A stretch of DNA of 62,454 nt, counting the filler, from Hausera hauseri (lineage: Eukaryota): assembly GCA_046269625.1 (NCBI GenBank). It is 10 parts of 10 records of this genome, joined end to end, with 100 filler letters (N's around TTAATTAATTAA, not from the genome) between each part and the next. Parts side by side here need not be neighbours in the genome. Positions count along the whole stretch, not along the records: positions 57,747 to 62,454 come from JBJURY010466801.1; 9 more parts are not named here. One strand, written 5' to 3'. This document shows, one piece after another, positions 59,912-62,454 of the stretch (positions are counted from its first letter, which is position 1; each line of letters starts with the position of its first letter). A program made the translations under genes and the position numbers. The notes beneath the pieces are model-generated. The model was not told the origin of the DNA. It ran no database searches and saw nothing but the letters and a program-made list of their open reading frames with translations.

Positions 59912-62454
59912 ATGAAGACTTACAATGCCCATAAACAACTGATTTCCTTCACCAAGTCGAGAAAACAAATATTCAATACCACTATGCCAATAATGACTTC
60001 AATGCCTAAGCAAAATCAAAGATGCAGTTTATACGTGTATTGCAGATGTGCAATACACAACCATGAGAACTATCATAATACTATGAGGAGCTATTATGGA
60101 TACAAATTCAATAGGATACTCTTATATTTTCCCAGGATATGAGGCTGTATGTGATGGAGAATATATGCAGTTTTACCATGATCATATTGCCCATTTGACA
60201 GACTTCAAGTCAAAGTCAAAGCATGTCATCTTTAATGAGCATCAGCCTGCTTTGGCAGCACAGCCTGGTTTGGCAGCACAACCATTTGTACAGATTGCTT
60301 CATCAGCAAAGCCAGTTGTTCATCCTGCTTTGGCAGCAAGTCTCCATGCAGGACGCACAGTAGCAGCAACAGATTCTCCATCAAAAAGCCCAAGACAGCG
60401 GCCAGTTGATGCGGCAGCATTAAAGAGAAAATGCCGCAGATGTTATTGATGCAACTGGCCAAACAACCCTCCAATATTTCCTCATACACAAAGGACGAGA
60501 TAGAGGGGATTTTAAAGGACAACATGCGGAGCTCAAAGCCCTTAAGGTGAATATGAAACTGGAGGCCACATACATCAATATTGATGGCGAACAATCCAAT
60601 AACGTCTTCAAGACCAAAAATAGACCCATATTGGGACACCAATATAGCAGAATGGATGCAAAAGGCGCACGAGAAGCTGATCCATGAGGCTGACGCGAGC
60701 CAGAATAAGAAGAGCGGATGGATTCTGGCAACCATCAAGAGATTGCTTGTATATGTGCACACGTACTCTCCCATGCGGGGCAGTTCATATGTTCAGCTCC
60801 CTGATTGGATCGCTAATAAAAAGTATGTACCAATGTCCATAATAGCGACAACATATGTTTAATGTATGCCTTTCTATCAAAACGGCATACCAATATGATG
60901 AGCTCTCATGTATGCCAAAGGACTGACAGTGAACCATATCTATTCAGGGGTTCGGGCACAGCAGCTCATTTCGTGAAACGACTTGAAGACATGGCTCATA
61001 TGATTGGAGACATGCAGCAGCAACATAAGGATACAATGAGTATGTCGAAGCAGCAAGAATTGCGCAAGGCAACAGCATGTTGTGCTCCAAATCATTCACT
61101 AAGGAGAATTATAAAGTTAGGGATCATTGCCATTTTACAGGTAAATATCGGGGCGTGTCATGCAACAACTGCAATCTACGTTGCAAAGCATGTACATATG
61201 TGCCTGTAGTGTTCCATAATATCAGTGGCTACGATTCCTATTTCATTGTTCGGGAACGGGGCTGCATCAAAGGAAACATTGATGTGATCCCTAATAATGA
61301 GGAAAAATACATCACATTTACCAAGCATGTTGGGAAAATCAGGCTTCGCTTCATAGACAGTTTTCGTTGCATGTCGTCTTCACTTGACAGTTTAGTGAAG
61401 AACCTCTCTGCAGCAAAATTCAAAGACACGAAGTGGTTCTTTCCCACTGCATTTGACCTCGAAAAGAGGAAAGGCGTGTTTCCCTATGACTATATAACTT
61501 CATGGAAAACACTGGATGAGACCTCATTGCCGGCCAAGAAGGAGTTTTACAATATCCGCTCTGATTGAAATATCAATGATGAGGGCTACCAGCATGCTCA
61601 GAACGTCTGACATGCATTCCAATGCAGAACATTAGGAGAATATAGCGACATATACCTCAAGACGAACGTGCTGCTTCTGGCGGATATCTTTGAGAGTTTA
61701 GGGGATGTTACGATAAAGAACCATGCATTAAATCTGGCTCATTTCTTTACGGCTCCAGGGATGAGTTGGCAGCTATGCTGTGATATACAGGTGTCAGGCT
61801 GCAGATCATAAAGGATTACGACATGATCCTCATTATCGAGAGAGACATTAGAGGTGGAATATGCCAGGACATTCACCTGTATAGCGAGGCCAACAACATG
61901 TATATGGCCCAGTATGATCCATCCAAGTAATCCTAATATATATCATAGCTGGATGCCAACAACTTGTATGGATAAGCAATGAGCGGCCCAATGACATATG
62001 ATAACTTTAAGTGGATCGAGCATCCTAAAAACATCCCTATACTGAACCTGGATCCCACTGGAGATACGGGCTATATACTGGACGTAGATATGGAATATCC
62101 GGCTTCTATCCACACAAGGCATGAGCAGCTGCCTTTTCTCCCTGAGAGCAAGCCTCCGCCCCGTGGAAAGCATAGAAAGCTGCTCTGCCATCTGGATAAT
62201 AGGGAGAGCTATGTAGTCCACTATATAAATCTCCAGCAGGCGGTCAGGAATGGACTCCGCATTACTAAGATCCATAGAGCCCTGCAGTTCAGCCAGTCCA
62301 TGTAGCTGCAGTTACACATAGACCTCAATACGAAGCTGCGGACTAATGCCAAGAACGACGTTGAGAAGGACTAATTTAAGCTGTACAACAACAGCGTTTT
62401 TGGCAAGACCATGGAGAATATCCGCAACAGGATCAACATCGAACTGGTCTCTGA
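59912..62454 (+). pseudogene. Polinton protein-primed PolB with endonuclease VII-like domain (copy 2), running off the window end
   Basis: KSGW..SPMRGSSYVQLPDWI; VRDHCHFTGKYRGVSCNNCNL; VVFHNISGYD; RFIDSF; RKGVFPYDY; IRGG; LDANNLYG; KLYNNSVFGKTMENIR. Confidence 0.93.

Noticed and set aside
61560-62400. Targeted G-to-A hypermutation of PolB copy 2 (TGG to TGA/TAG/TAA)
   Set aside because: Too few sites, other stops arise from different substitutions, and there is no consensus to test against
11221-62454. One complete Polinton assembled from the capsid, PolB and accessory fragments
   Set aside because: The pieces lie on different contigs separated by linkers; no integrase or packaging ATPase was seen

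Overview
This is AT-rich invertebrate (metazoan) DNA made of 10 unrelated contigs joined by artificial 100-bp N/TTAATTAATTAA linkers, so no synteny can be assumed across linkers. It is mostly a graveyard of decayed mobile elements. (1) Four diverged copies of a CsRn1-like Ty3/Gypsy family; all three copies that keep the 5' end have a ubiquitin-like domain ending in a di-glycine directly in front of Gag. (2) Two copies of a second Gypsy family. One has a chuvirus-like (class III, gB-type) glycoprotein upstream of the protease. In both, the integrase runs into a signal-peptide-like segment; in contig 1 this leads into a second membrane protein and a long orphan ORF. (3) Three Polinton/adintovirus fragments: a capsid module with an AGTAGT terminus, and two protein-primed PolB genes, one beside dUTPase, DEDD-like and RING ORFs. 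(4) A piggyBac and a DD37E Tc1/mariner transposase. (5) Broken host-gene fragments resembling BIG1/ARFGEF, TDRD7 (LOTUS), ASCC3, NUP35, the PP2A A subunit, ZNFX1, PHF12 and Beclin-1. All assignments come from manual translation and recalled motifs; no database search or alignment was run, and boundaries are approximate.
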